NCBI RefSeq assembly: GCF_000223395.1
Contig: NC_015931.1
Coordinates: forward strand, 990,001-1,022,000
Length of the DNA stretch: 32,000 bases
Reading direction: 5' to 3'
Origin: Pyrolobus fumarii 1A
Lineage (GTDB): Archaea > Thermoproteota > Thermoprotei_A > Sulfolobales > Pyrodictiaceae
Positions 16,998 through 26,280 of the stretch are shown here, in pieces (positions within the stretch are counted from its first letter, which is position 1; every line of letters starts with the position of its first letter). The position numbers and the translations under genes were made by a program. Under the pieces are notes generated by a model that worked only from the letters and a program-made list of their open reading frames with translations, was not told where the DNA came from and did no database searches.

Positions 16998-17175
16998 CCC
17001 GCCGTAGCTCAGCGGTAGAGCGCCCGGCTGTAGGGGGGAACCCGCATCCCCCTAACCCCCCACGCGCCCAACCGGCGGCGAGAAGCCGCCGGGGATGAGG
17101 GCGCGGCGGCAAAGGGGGATGCGGGGCCGGGCAGAAACCGGGAGGTCCGGGGTTCGAATCCCCGCGGCGGGACCA
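16998..17175 (+). tRNA. tRNA-Tyr (anticodon GUA) with a 103-nt intron at the canonical 37/38 position
   Basis: I folded the cloverleaf by hand. Acceptor CCCGCCG (16998-17004) pairs with CGGCGGG (17165-17171), giving the C1:G72 pair typical of archaeal tRNA-Tyr. The D arm is GCTC-AGCGGTA-GAGC. The anticodon stem is CCCGG (17023-27) with CCGGG (17138-42), and the loop is CT-GTA-G|intron|A. The variable region is AGGTC, the T arm is CGGGG-TTCGAAT-CCCCG, the discriminator is A, and CCA is encoded at 17173-17175. Confidence 0.9.
17034..17136 (+). other. tRNA intron, highly structured and GC-rich
   Basis: It contains three perfect helices: 17041-17052 with 17114-17125 (12 bp), 17062-17068 with 17099-17105 (7 bp), and 17072-17079 with 17085-17092 (8 bp, loop GAGAA). 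A 4-bp helix CUGU/GCAG sits between bulges AGG and AAA, consistent with a bulge-helix-bulge splice motif. Confidence 0.8.
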
Positions 17176-17282
17176 CCCAACTCGGCTCCTCCCACCTATT
17201 CTCTCGTCAGCGGCATACCGCTCTACATGGCCCGTGTGGTACGCTGGGCTGTTGCCCTCTCCGTTCAATCGTTTAACCCGTT

Positions 17283-18683
17283 GTGAGTGTTGCAAAGTGC
17301 GGGTTAGGTGGCATGCGTGTCGTTGTTGTTGGTGGCGGCGCGGCTGGTATGGCGACTGCTAGTCGTGTCAGGAGGTTGAGGCGTGACTGGGAGGTTGTTG
17401 TGCTGGAGAAGAGCCGTTGGGTTAGCTTCGCGTTGTGCGGCACACCTTACTATGTTGGATGTGTTGTGCGTCGGATAGGTGACTTGGTGCATTATCCTCT
17501 TGAGGAGTTTACGAAGAGGCGCGGCATAGACGTAAGGATTGGGCATGAGGTTGTTGAGGTTGGCGATGGTTATGTGAGGGTTCGGGGTGGTGACGGTAGA
17601 GAGTATCGCCTAGAGTATGACAAGCTTGTGATTGCGACTGGTGCGTATCCGGTTAAGCCGCGCGGCATAGAGGGTATCGATTCTGAGGGCGTCTTCGTTA
17701 TAGGGCATCTGGATGACGCGATTGCTATCCGTGAGTGGTTGGATAGAAACACGCGCGAGGGCGACGGGGCTGTAGTTGTGGGTGGCGGGCTCGTCGGTGT
17801 CGAGATGGCGGAGGCTTTCCGCTCCTGGGGGCTTAGGGTCACGATCGTCGAGAAACTCGGGTGGCTCCTGCCGGGCATCCTAGACCCCGATATGGGAGAG
17901 AGGCTGACCAAGATCATAGCCGGTGTTGAGGGCGTGAATGTAGTGACGGGTAAGGGCGTCTCGGCGGTCAAGAGGGAGTCTGGTAGGGCTGCTGGAGTGC
18001 TCCTCGAGGATGGTTCTGAGGTCGGGGGTAGGGTTGTGCTCGTGGCTGTCGGGAGAAGGCCTAACACCGCCCTAGCGGAGCAGCTTGGTGCCCGCATCGG
18101 CGAGACGGGCGCAGTATGGGTCAATGAGAGGATGGAGACGAGTGTTGAGGGTGTCTACGCGGTTGGTGATGTAGCCGAGACGGTGAGTATCGTGACCGGC
18201 AGGAGAACATGGCTGCCATTCGCGCAAGTCGCGAACAAGATGGGGTACGTGGCTGGCAGCAACATAGCTGGCCTTGATGCTAGATTCGCGGGGGCTGCAG
18301 GCACGGTAGCCGCCAGAGTATTCGGGGTGACCATCGCGAAGACAGGGTTGACGCTCGAGGAGGCGAGGAAACTCGGCTTCGACGCGGGGAGCGTGACAGT
18401 AGAGGCCGGTACAAAGCCCAGATACATGCCTGGCGGTTCGTGGGTAACGCTCAAGCTCGTATACGACAGGTCGAGCGGGAGGCTGCTGGGCGCCCAGGCG
18501 CTTAGCGGCGATGAGAGCGGCTTCTGGAGGATAAACGTGGTTGCAGCCCTTCTTCACAAGCACGCCGACGTGTGGGATCTATTCACGGTTGACGTGGGCT
18601 ACGCGCCACCACTGAACCCAGTCTGGGACCCACTAATCGTAGCGGCTAGGCTAGCGCTACGCGACCTAGGAGGCAAGAGGTGA
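17283..18683 (+). CDS. FAD-dependent pyridine nucleotide-disulfide oxidoreductase (CoA-disulfide reductase / NADH oxidase type)
   Basis: It has the FAD fold VVVVGGGAAGMATASR, the single redox Cys motif SFALCGTPYY (compare SFANCGLPYY of CoADR/Nox), the NAD fold AVVVGGGLVGVEMAE, and YAVGDVAE. The probable start is ATG 17313. Confidence 0.88.
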   Translation: MSVAKCGLGGMRVVVVGGGAAGMATASRVRRLRRDWEVVVLEKSRWVSFALCGTPYYVGCVVRRIGDLVHYPLEEFTKRRGIDVRIGHEVVEVGDGYVRVRGGDGREYRLEYDKLVIATGAYPVKPRGIEGIDSEGVFVIGHLDDAIAIREWLDRNTREGDGAVVVGGGLVGVEMAEAFRSWGLRVTIVEKLGWLLPGILDPDMGERLTKIIAGVEGVNVVTGKGVSAVKRESGRAAGVLLEDGSEVGGRVVLVAVGRRPNTALAEQLGARIGETGAVWVNERMETSVEGVYAVGDVAETVSIVTGRRTWLPFAQVANKMGYVAGSNIAGLDARFAGAAGTVAARVFGVTIAKTGLTLEEARKLGFDAGSVTVEAGTKPRYMPGGSWVTLKLVYDRSSGRLLGAQALSGDESGFWRINVVAALLHKHADVWDLFTVDVGYAPPLNPVWDPLIVAARLALRDLGGKR

Positions 18684-18864
18684 GCTACTCGAGTGTTAAG
18701 TCAACCAGCTTGTATGATGCATAACTGCTCTTAGCAACGCACTCACATAACCGACTCCTGCTTAGCTAGCCTACTATCCGGCTTCTTACTATGGATAGCT
18801 TTTGGCGGTGTATAGAGGGAAACCAAGATAACTATAACGTTGATAGTCCAGACGGGCGTCTTTA

Positions 18865-19536
18865 TTGATGTGCGGTCCTTGCTGCCCGGAGTATGCACTA
18901 AGAGTAACAACGCTAAGAGGGCAACGTATCGCAGTATTACCCCTTGGTAGTGTAGAATGGCATTGTAGTGCGCCGCTTGGTGTTGACTCGGTAATCGCTG
19001 TTGAGATGGCGACGAGGTTGTGCAGGGAGCTTAACGAGGTGTGTGGTGGTGCTGTGTTACTACCACCGTTGTACTACGGTGCTAGTTCCGAGTGGAGCGG
19101 GTATGAGGAGCTGAGTATACGGCGGTCCACGGTAGCGCGTATTGTGGAGGAGCTGGCTGCTAGCCTAGAGAGGCTGGGTTTCAACACTCTGGTTCTCGTC
19201 AACGCGCATGGTGGTAACAGCGCGTCTCTAAGGTATGCCGTGGAGAGGCTCGTCTACGAGAAGGGGACTAGGCTAAGGGTGTACATTGTCGAGTGGTGGA
19301 GGCTCCTAGGCTTGCACGTGGGCCACATGGATGTCGTTGAGGCTGGCTTGGCTTCCGAGCTTATGGGTCTAGAGGAGCCTCCGGTCTGTGAGTGTAAGGG
19401 GCTTGGCAACCCCTACGAGGGTGACGTTGAGTGTCGTAGAGTTAAGGCTAGTGTCGAGAAGGGCTTGGCGGAGAAGCTGTGGGGGATGTTGAAGAAGGTG
19501 GCGGGCACGATATGCGAGGGTAAAAGAATGGATTAG
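18865..19536 (+). CDS. creatininase-family amidohydrolase (ArfB/creatinine amidohydrolase-like)
   Basis: AVLPLGSVEWHCSAPLGVDSVIA and LVLVNAHGGNSASL match the creatininase family motifs (E.HG.HLP..tD and vNgHGGN). Confidence 0.75.
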   Translation: MMCGPCCPEYALRVTTLRGQRIAVLPLGSVEWHCSAPLGVDSVIAVEMATRLCRELNEVCGGAVLLPPLYYGASSEWSGYEELSIRRSTVARIVEELAASLERLGFNTLVLVNAHGGNSASLRYAVERLVYEKGTRLRVYIVEWWRLLGLHVGHMDVVEAGLASELMGLEEPPVCECKGLGNPYEGDVECRRVKASVEKGLAEKLWGMLKKVAGTICEGKRMD

Positions 19537-19545
19537 GGCCGTGGG

Positions 19546-20610
19546 TTAGGCTTGTTTGGCCTCGGGGGTCTCCTTCTCGCCCGTCTCCTCGCCCACGAGG
19601 GATGCTGGTATCTTGTACCACTTTTCGCGCTCTAGGTTAAAGGTCTTGTATACCACCTCCTCGATCTCGCCCCATCTCTCTTTGAGCGCTGGTAGAAGCC
19701 TCTCGAGTACCATGTAGGTCCTGGAGGATACCTTGCCGCGGAACCAGGAGACGTCCTTAGCCATGCCGACGTTGAGAGCCTCGTAGTCTACGCCGACCTT
19801 CTCGTCCCTATCCCTGCCGGTCACGAGCTTCTCGAACTCTAGTAGCAGGGTGCCTCTTGGCAGCACATACTCGCCGTACGTCTCGTGCATAGCGAGCCTC
19901 CTCTTGATCTTCGAGAGCACTCTGAGGCCTAGCAGCTTGTTGGGGTTTGGCCTTATCTTCGCGACTTGCAGCGTGCCTAGGAACGCGATTATCCCAGAGA
20001 GGTCTGAGATGGGCTCGAACCACGGCTTCCCGGCTTCCACGCCGCCTGAGCGTAGCAGGACCTGCGCCGAGAGCACGGTGTTATAGACGAGGCCTTTGCG
20101 GAAGTCCTCCCTCTTAGCCAGGTCGAGTATGTTACCAGCCTCTGTGCCCTTGAAGAGGGCGTAGCGCGCCGGAGTTGGCGCCATGAGGCCAACGTAGAAG
20201 CTGAAGACGAATGATGCTGTCGGCTCGTTTATGGTGGAGACGACGATATCCGATATGATGCTCCTCGATACGCCGACCTCGTTGAGACGACGCGGTGTCT
20301 CGGTGAACGCTACGACCTCTAACACGCCAAACGCCTGGGCGATTCGCAGGTAGTACAGTATATCGCCGATGTTGAAGTTGTGTAGCAGTGGGTACTTCTC
20401 GCCGAGCTTCTCGACGCGCACTATGCCGCCGGTGATCTCGCTGACGGGCTTAGGCTCCTCGCCGAAGCCAGAGGCCTTCACTAGGATGTCGCGGAGGAAG
20501 TCGAAGAGCCCGGTTATCCCGGCTAGCTTACCCTGCGCGGCCGAGGATAGCTCCTTGAACCTTCGGGGAACTCTAGGTTCGAAGGTGAGAGGTGGCAGTA
20601 GCATGCTCAC
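19546..20610 (-). CDS. hypothetical protein (354 aa), family not recognised
   Basis: This is a long ORF with normal host composition and an acidic C-terminal tail (GEETGEKETPEAKQA). It has no TM segments, P-loop or metal motif that I can recognise. It is divergent from the MBL hydrolase gene. Confidence 0.6.
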   Translation of the reverse strand: MSMLLPPLTFEPRVPRRFKELSSAAQGKLAGITGLFDFLRDILVKASGFGEEPKPVSEITGGIVRVEKLGEKYPLLHNFNIGDILYYLRIAQAFGVLEVVAFTETPRRLNEVGVSRSIISDIVVSTINEPTASFVFSFYVGLMAPTPARYALFKGTEAGNILDLAKREDFRKGLVYNTVLSAQVLLRSGGVEAGKPWFEPISDLSGIIAFLGTLQVAKIRPNPNKLLGLRVLSKIKRRLAMHETYGEYVLPRGTLLLEFEKLVTGRDRDEKVGVDYEALNVGMAKDVSWFRGKVSSRTYMVLERLLPALKERWGEIEEVVYKTFNLEREKWYKIPASLVGEETGEKETPEAKQA

Positions 20611-20789
20611 TCTTCCTCCTCTATGCTAAGGGGCGTAGCTGCGCGATTGATAAAACGTTGCGTTGCCAGCCCACGGTCTGCCCCCATCACTCCGACCGTT
20701 TTTACCTTCGGGGGGCACTGGGCGTGGCTAGCAGGGTTTAACCCGGAAGTAGTATCACCCTACCTGCCGCGTAGGGCTGGTGGCGCCAC

Positions 20790-21800
20790 TTGACTAGCCT
20801 TGCCGAGCTCCTAGCGAGAGCCTACGTCGCGGAGAGCGGCGCTGTGGTACTCGGCGAGGGTATAGTAGCGGATGGGCATATGCCTGGCGCGCTGGTGCGC
20901 ATAGTCACACATGCTCACGTTGATCACCTTGTGGGTATGAGGGAGAGTCTGCGCGAGACGCCGTTCATAGCAGCGACGCCCCTGACGCTAGAGATGCTGC
21001 CGGAGCTAGGGTACCGCATACCTCGGGCCAAGCAGCTACCCCTAGCGCACCACATCGAGACAGAGTTGATGGGGTATCGCGTCAAGCTACTACCTGCTAA
21101 CCACATCCCCGGCGCTGCGCAGGTGCTAGTCGAGTGGGAGGATGGGTTTCGCGTCGGCTACACGGGTGACTTCAAGCAGCCCGGCACGCCAGTCATGAAA
21201 GACCTTGATGTGCTCGTGATAGAGGCTACGTATGGGAGGCCGGAGCACAGGCGGCCATGGAGCATGGAGATAGAGTACATCTTTGCCGACCTTGTGCGTG
21301 ACCTGCTCGTGAAGGGCCCAGTCTACATATACGCGTATCACGGTAAGCTCCAGGAGGCCATGAGGATACTGAGAGAGCAGGGCATTGACGCACCGTTCAT
21401 AGCGCCTAGCAAGGTGTACAGGATAGCGCTGATAGTCAAGAAGCACGGTATTGATGTTGGTGAGGTGCTATTAGCAGAGAGTAGGGAGGCCAAGGAGGTT
21501 ATGAGGGACGGCTGGTACATCTACTTCACGCACATGATGAACCGTAGGAACGGCGCGCCGCCAACGGCGCAACGCGTGATACTAAGCGGGTGGGAGTTCA
21601 GCGGTCCCTACAGGCAGGCAGGTACACGCACCTGGATAGTATCGCTCAGCGATCATGCAGACTTCGACCAGCTAGTCGAGTACGTGCAAGAGGCCAAGCC
21701 AAAGCTGGTAGTTGTCGACGCGTATAGGGAGGGCTCATCCGAGGCATTCGCCTCTTACATAAGGAGGCATCTAGGCATACCTGCAGTTACATCGCCATAG
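20790..21800 (+). CDS. metallo-beta-lactamase fold hydrolase, beta-CASP-like (putative nuclease)
   Basis: It carries the HxHxDH motif (VTHAHVDHLVGM) and a downstream GDF (YTGDFKQPG). The C-terminal SLSDHADFDQLVEYVQEAKPKLVVVDAY resembles beta-CASP motif C plus the terminal strand. It is 336 aa. Confidence 0.75.
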   Translation: MTSLAELLARAYVAESGAVVLGEGIVADGHMPGALVRIVTHAHVDHLVGMRESLRETPFIAATPLTLEMLPELGYRIPRAKQLPLAHHIETELMGYRVKLLPANHIPGAAQVLVEWEDGFRVGYTGDFKQPGTPVMKDLDVLVIEATYGRPEHRRPWSMEIEYIFADLVRDLLVKGPVYIYAYHGKLQEAMRILREQGIDAPFIAPSKVYRIALIVKKHGIDVGEVLLAESREAKEVMRDGWYIYFTHMMNRRNGAPPTAQRVILSGWEFSGPYRQAGTRTWIVSLSDHADFDQLVEYVQEAKPKLVVVDAYREGSSEAFASYIRRHLGIPAVTSP

Positions 21801-21983
21801 CCTAAACTCGAGACAAACGCGTGTGCACGCTCTTTGCCCCTAGTGCTAGGCATCCAGGTTCCATCCGAATTCCCGCCACCAGGACCCAAGGATACAATCA
21901 ATGCTATGCCTCTACGTGTGCCTCACAAACTCCAAGTGCTGTTATTTGGAGTTGGGTATTCCGCCGCTTCGGGGTGAAGTGAG

Positions 21984-22700
21984 ATGAGCGGAGACGTCTA
22001 TGTCCTCGGTATTAACGGCTCGCCTAGGAGGTATGGTGGTGTCGCGAAGCTGGTCAGGATAGCGTTGAAGGCGGCTGAGGAGGAGGGTGCGCGCACAAAA
22101 CTAGTACACCTCTACGATCTTGACATGAAACCATGTATTGGCTGCGTGAGCGACGATATCAAGGCTTGTCGCCACCCATGTGTCATACGCGACGATTTCA
22201 CAGAGAAGCTCGCGAATGAGATACTTGAGGCAGATGCTTTGATCATAGGAACGCCGATATACTGGTACGCGCCCAGCGGGGCGGTCAAGAACCTCATAGA
22301 CAGGATGACTAGCTTCGAGAACATGATACACCATGTCGGTCGTAGTATTGTTGAGGGGAAGGTAGCGGCTGTAATTGCTGTCGGGAACGACACTGGAGCG
22401 ATACAAGTCATTGCATGGATGATGGCTGTGCTCAACAGCATGGGGTTCCATATACCACCTTGGGCACTAGCCTACTATCACCATCGTGAAGGCGAACCTC
22501 TCAACGATACACAGGCGGTTATGGACTCCATAAACATAGGCAAGATTGTAGTGAAGGCTGCAAGGCTGTTGAAGAACGCGGGTGGATGGTACAGCCCGCG
22601 TGTAGAGCTAGAACGGTACAAGGAGTACGCGAGGAAGACTGCAGAAGAGGAACGTGCAAGACAGCTACCCGAGAGACGCAAGGCAATGGGGCTCGAGTAG
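21984..22700 (+). CDS. flavodoxin-like NAD(P)H-dependent FMN reductase / iron-sulfur flavoprotein (Isf-like)
   Basis: GINGSPRRYGG is the FMN-reductase N-terminal loop. A compact Cys cluster is present (CIGCVSDDIKACRHPC), and GTPIYWYAPSGAVKNLIDR matches the FMN_red family. Confidence 0.8.
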   Translation: MSGDVYVLGINGSPRRYGGVAKLVRIALKAAEEEGARTKLVHLYDLDMKPCIGCVSDDIKACRHPCVIRDDFTEKLANEILEADALIIGTPIYWYAPSGAVKNLIDRMTSFENMIHHVGRSIVEGKVAAVIAVGNDTGAIQVIAWMMAVLNSMGFHIPPWALAYYHHREGEPLNDTQAVMDSINIGKIVVKAARLLKNAGGWYSPRVELERYKEYARKTAEEERARQLPERRKAMGLE

Positions 22701-22730
22701 CCTCCCAGGAAGGGCCACTCAGTAAGGCTA

Positions 22731-23471
22731 CTACTTTTGCTGCGCAGTGCTGGCCTTCTTCTCTTCTTCCAGCTTTAGTATCTTTGCGAGCCTCTTCTTT
22801 GGTATGTGGAAGAGCCTATGCGCTATCAACGCGATGTACTCGTCATCCGGTATTATCTTCTCTAGGCCTATGCGCGCAGCCATAGCTTGTTTCAATGCCT
22901 CCTTGGCGATTCTATTCTTCACCTCGGATGTCGCTATTGCCTCGGCAACACGAAGTGCAATATAGAACCTCGCATACTTCCTTGCAACCTTCTCGTATTC
23001 CGGGAGAACCTCCGGTATCTTACGCAGCAGCTGTATCAACTCATTCTCGCTAGCGTAGCCCAGCAATACCTTCGTCGCGATAACCCGCAGAATACGGGCT
23101 ACCTGGTTCTCGTCGAGACTCTCGCCCAGGATCTTCTCTATCTCCTCGCGCGACTCTACGCCCTCCATTATCCGGCGTGCTGCTTCCTCATACGCTAACT
23201 CCTTGTAGAACAGGGCTCGAAACCAGTTTGGCTCCTCCTCGTCAAGCCCAAGTCCATACCTCGCAACTACATAGAGAGTCGCCAGCTCCTTATCGTATAT
23301 GTCTGGGGGCGTAGCGGCACCCATGATAGGCAAGATCCCGATCCTATCGTATACCGCTTTCAGCGTCTCGGCAGCCGTGCCCCTATCCACGATATGCTCT
23401 CTCAGCAATCTAGAGAGTATGTCGATGGCCGCCGACACCCTAACCTTGTGAACACCACGCACCTCACTCAA
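22731..23471 (-). CDS. conserved-looking all-alpha hypothetical protein (246 aa)
   Basis: The ORF has helical, charged composition, a Lys-rich tail and a TTG start. It sits upstream of, and on the same strand as, the RNA methyltransferase. I cannot assign a family confidently. Confidence 0.6.
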   Translation of the reverse strand: MSEVRGVHKVRVSAAIDILSRLLREHIVDRGTAAETLKAVYDRIGILPIMGAATPPDIYDKELATLYVVARYGLGLDEEEPNWFRALFYKELAYEEAARRIMEGVESREEIEKILGESLDENQVARILRVIATKVLLGYASENELIQLLRKIPEVLPEYEKVARKYARFYIALRVAEAIATSEVKNRIAKEALKQAMAARIGLEKIIPDDEYIALIAHRLFHIPKKRLAKILKLEEEKKASTAQQK

Positions 23472-23628
23472 TGCTCTCTACCCGGCTCTCCCGTCTAGTG
23501 GAGGAGAGCATACACAGGAATACTACTTCTACCCGGCAGCTGCCCCGCGAGGCACGCTACTACTAGCGTCGCTAGTGTGCTAGGAGCGAATCGGGATGCT
23601 GAGCGTGGCAGTATTCCACTCTGTGCTG

Positions 23629-24978
23629 TCAAGCTTGTTTTACTAGAAGTGCGTAGTAGAACCCGCTAGTACGGTGGCGGTGGGGCCATGCTCTCCGCGC
23701 CCATGGTTGGAGAGGGCTGGGGTCGAAGAGGGGTGGGTTGGGTTCAAGGGGTTTCACTCGCCCGTGGTACTTGCTAAGAAGCCATGAGATGATATCCTCG
23801 CCTTCCTCGCGGAGAAGGCTACAAACGCTGTACAGTATCCTACCTCCGGGCTTCACTATCCTATAGGCGGCTTCCAGCAACTCCCTTTGAAGCTTAGTTA
23901 TCTTCTCGAGCTCCTCGGGCTTAAGCCTCCACCTAACGTCCGGGTTCTTCGCGATAGTGCCCGTGGAGCTACACGGAGGATCGACTAGTACAGCATCGGC
24001 AACTTCCTCTCCAAGCATGTCTGGCGCTCTCCTGCCATCACCCATCACTATGTCCACGACTCTATCGGCGCCGACGCGCTCAAGCGTCTCGCGCAGCTTG
24101 GCGGCGCGGTCCGGGTACGGCTCGAAAGCTATGATGTGCGACTTTAGCCTGGTTAACTCGGCGAGATGGCTAGTCTTGCCGCCGGGAGCGGCACACAAAT
24201 CGACGATGGTCTCGCCCGGCCTGGGGGCGAGTAGGAGACTGGCAGCGGCCGAGGCGTCATCTTGTAGCACGGCAAACCCTCTACGCACGAGTTTGAAGAC
24301 CTCTGGGCGCAGCTCACCCCTCTCTATCTTCACCACAGTCTCGACAAAAGGAGAGACCCTAGGCTTGTACCCGAGCCTTCTCAGCCACTTCACTACGTTG
24401 CCAACAGTAGTTTTCAAAGTGTTAACACGGAGCGAGAGCGGCGGTACCCAGCTATTCACAAACTGGAAGAGAGTCTCGGCCTCATTCTCACCGATAAACG
24501 ACGCTACACGCTCATAGATGAACCTTGACACCATTAGCCGCTCTTCCAGAGGGTCTATAGCAGTCCTTGCCTCCTCGATACGCTCCACAAGCATCTTGAA
24601 GATATCCGGGTCTCCGCCAAGCTTCGCGAGAATCCTTGGTGTGAACTCCTCCATCCAAACCGTTATGTCCTCGTGGCCCTCACGGTGAGCAATAAGCCTC
24701 TGGAATGCGTATATCCTTGCAGCGGCCCTCGTGTAAGCATCTAGCTTCTCCACGCTAACGCCGACAGCCTTCTCGACAACGCGGTCGAGGAGACCCTGGA
24801 GACTCCAAGCACGGTACATCATAGCGGTGAAAATCTTGTCCTTGACCGTACCGGCTATCCCGTACTCCCTGAAAACCTCGCGCTTGGCAACCTGCCAGGG
24901 CTTGTACTCCTCACCCCTCTTCATAGCCACTATGAGAGCCTCAATGTCCCTTGGCGTCAGCTTGACGGGCACTATCAC
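23629..24978 (-). CDS. NOL1/NOP2/Sun family RNA (cytosine-C5)-methyltransferase
   Basis: It has the SAM motif DLCAAPGGKTSHLA, the catalytic motifs VLVDPPCSSTGTI (motif IV PC) and ILYSVCSLLREE (motif VI TC-type Cys), and an N-terminal NusB-like helical domain. Confidence 0.9.
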   Translation of the reverse strand: MIVPVKLTPRDIEALIVAMKRGEEYKPWQVAKREVFREYGIAGTVKDKIFTAMMYRAWSLQGLLDRVVEKAVGVSVEKLDAYTRAAARIYAFQRLIAHREGHEDITVWMEEFTPRILAKLGGDPDIFKMLVERIEEARTAIDPLEERLMVSRFIYERVASFIGENEAETLFQFVNSWVPPLSLRVNTLKTTVGNVVKWLRRLGYKPRVSPFVETVVKIERGELRPEVFKLVRRGFAVLQDDASAAASLLLAPRPGETIVDLCAAPGGKTSHLAELTRLKSHIIAFEPYPDRAAKLRETLERVGADRVVDIVMGDGRRAPDMLGEEVADAVLVDPPCSSTGTIAKNPDVRWRLKPEELEKITKLQRELLEAAYRIVKPGGRILYSVCSLLREEGEDIISWLLSKYHGRVKPLEPNPPLFDPSPLQPWARRAWPHRHRTSGFYYALLVKQA

Positions 24979-25019
24979 TCCACCAAGCTGTACACGCGGG
25001 TAGCAACGGGGGTATCTCG

Positions 25020-25508
25020 CTACTTCAACCCGAGTCGTCGCAACACAGCGTACACCGTCGAGACGGGCCTCTCAAGCTTCTTCGCTATCTCGTATACGGT
25101 GGCACCCTGCTTGTAGAGCTTCTCAATCTCCTCTATCTCGTCTGGGGTCACCCTGCGATGCGAGTGGCTCCTTCTAGAGCTCCTATGCGGCACATTATGC
25201 TTCTTGAGTATCTCGTATAGCTTTGTAGTCGATATGTTGTACTTCTCGAGGAGCTGTTGCACCGGGACACCCTCCATGTACTCGCGTACGAGCTGCTCCT
25301 CCTCCTCGGGCGTCAGCTTCTTGCTGCGCCTCCTCTTCCTCATAGGCTCGATTCCATGCCTGCGCAGTATGAGGTAGATAGTGGCCTTGTTTATGCACGC
25401 CCGCTTCGCAATCTCGTCTATGGGCACACCCTCCTTGTACAACTTTACCACTAGCTCGTCCCTCTCCTTCTTCGACATCTCGTAGCAGTTCTTCCCCTCA
25501 TCGGGCAA
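25020..25508 (-). CDS. DNA-binding protein with three tandem helix-turn-helix repeats
   Basis: It has three repeats of about 50 aa. They are LYKEGVPIDEIAKRACINKATIYLILRRHGI, YMEGVPVQQLLEKYNISTTKLYEILKKHNV and LYKQGATVYEIAKKLERPVSTVYAVLRRLGL. Arg/Ser/Lys-rich linkers separate them, and each resembles a resolvase or sigma-region-4-type HTH. Confidence 0.7.
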   Translation of the reverse strand: MPDEGKNCYEMSKKERDELVVKLYKEGVPIDEIAKRACINKATIYLILRRHGIEPMRKRRRSKKLTPEEEEQLVREYMEGVPVQQLLEKYNISTTKLYEILKKHNVPHRSSRRSHSHRRVTPDEIEEIEKLYKQGATVYEIAKKLERPVSTVYAVLRRLGLK

Positions 25509-25599
25509 CGTAGAACGGCCCCCGGTATCTCATTCACTTCCCAGGGTGTGGGTTAAGGCACCCACGCTTGCACACTACTAGTCGCGTGGAGGGGAGCCC

Positions 25600-26280
25600 A
25601 TGGCTAGGATAGAGCAGGTCAGGCCAGAGGAGCTGAGATTCGAGGAGGGCGCATTCCTAGTAAGGCTGGCTAGGAGGGCAGTCGAGTACTACTTCGAGAC
25701 GGGGAAGAAGCTCGAGCCTCCTGAGGACACGCCAGAGCGGCTATGGAGGCCTGGCGCGGCGTTCGTCACCATACAGGTCTTCCGCTCCTACGAGGTTAGG
25801 GAGTTGCGCGGGTGCATAGGGTACGTTGAGGCTGTGAAGCCTCTTGTTGAAGCCGTGATTGACGTGGCTTTACAATCGGCGTTCGAGGACCCGAGGTTCC
25901 CGCCACTAAGGAGAGAGGAGTTGCCCATGGTAACCTTTGAGGTTAGCGTGTTGGGCCCGCTTGAGGAGTTGCCGCGCGACCCGGAGTCTAGGCCGAGGAG
26001 CTTCGAGATAGGCAGGCATGGTCTTGTGGCGCGTCGCGGGTGGTTCCAGGGGCTACTGCTCCCAGAGGTTCCCGTCGAGTACCTTTGGGACGAGGAGACG
26101 TTCCTCGCCGAGACTTGCGTGAAAGCAGGGATGGAGCCAAGCTGTTGGCTCGACCCGGAGACAGAGTTCTACAGGTTCTCGGGCAGGATTTGGAGGGAGA
26201 GGGACCCAGAGACCAGGGTGATAGAAGAGAGGGACCTGAGGGAGGAGCTGAGGCGAAGGCTGGGTGTAGCGCAAGGCTAG
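25600..26280 (+). CDS. AMMECR1 domain protein
   Basis: PGAAFVTIQ...LRGCIGYVEA...AFEDPRFPPL...EVSVL...GLLLPEV are the hallmark AMMECR1 motifs. It is 226 aa. Confidence 0.9.
   Translation: MARIEQVRPEELRFEEGAFLVRLARRAVEYYFETGKKLEPPEDTPERLWRPGAAFVTIQVFRSYEVRELRGCIGYVEAVKPLVEAVIDVALQSAFEDPRFPPLRREELPMVTFEVSVLGPLEELPRDPESRPRSFEIGRHGLVARRGWFQGLLLPEVPVEYLWDEETFLAETCVKAGMEPSCWLDPETEFYRFSGRIWRERDPETRVIEERDLREELRRRLGVAQG

Noticed and set aside
17091-17101. GGGGATGAGGG in the tRNA intron as a possible C box of an intron-encoded C/D sRNA
   Set aside because: It matches RUGAUGA only partially, there is no CTGA D box anywhere in the intron, and the segment is already engaged in the helices described.
16784-17295. 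Three ORFs (16784..17098 +, 17095..17286 +, 16954..17295 -) covering the tRNA-Tyr region
   Set aside because: They are translations of the GC-rich tRNA and its intron and give Pro/Arg/Gly-rich products. The tRNA cloverleaf explains the sequence.
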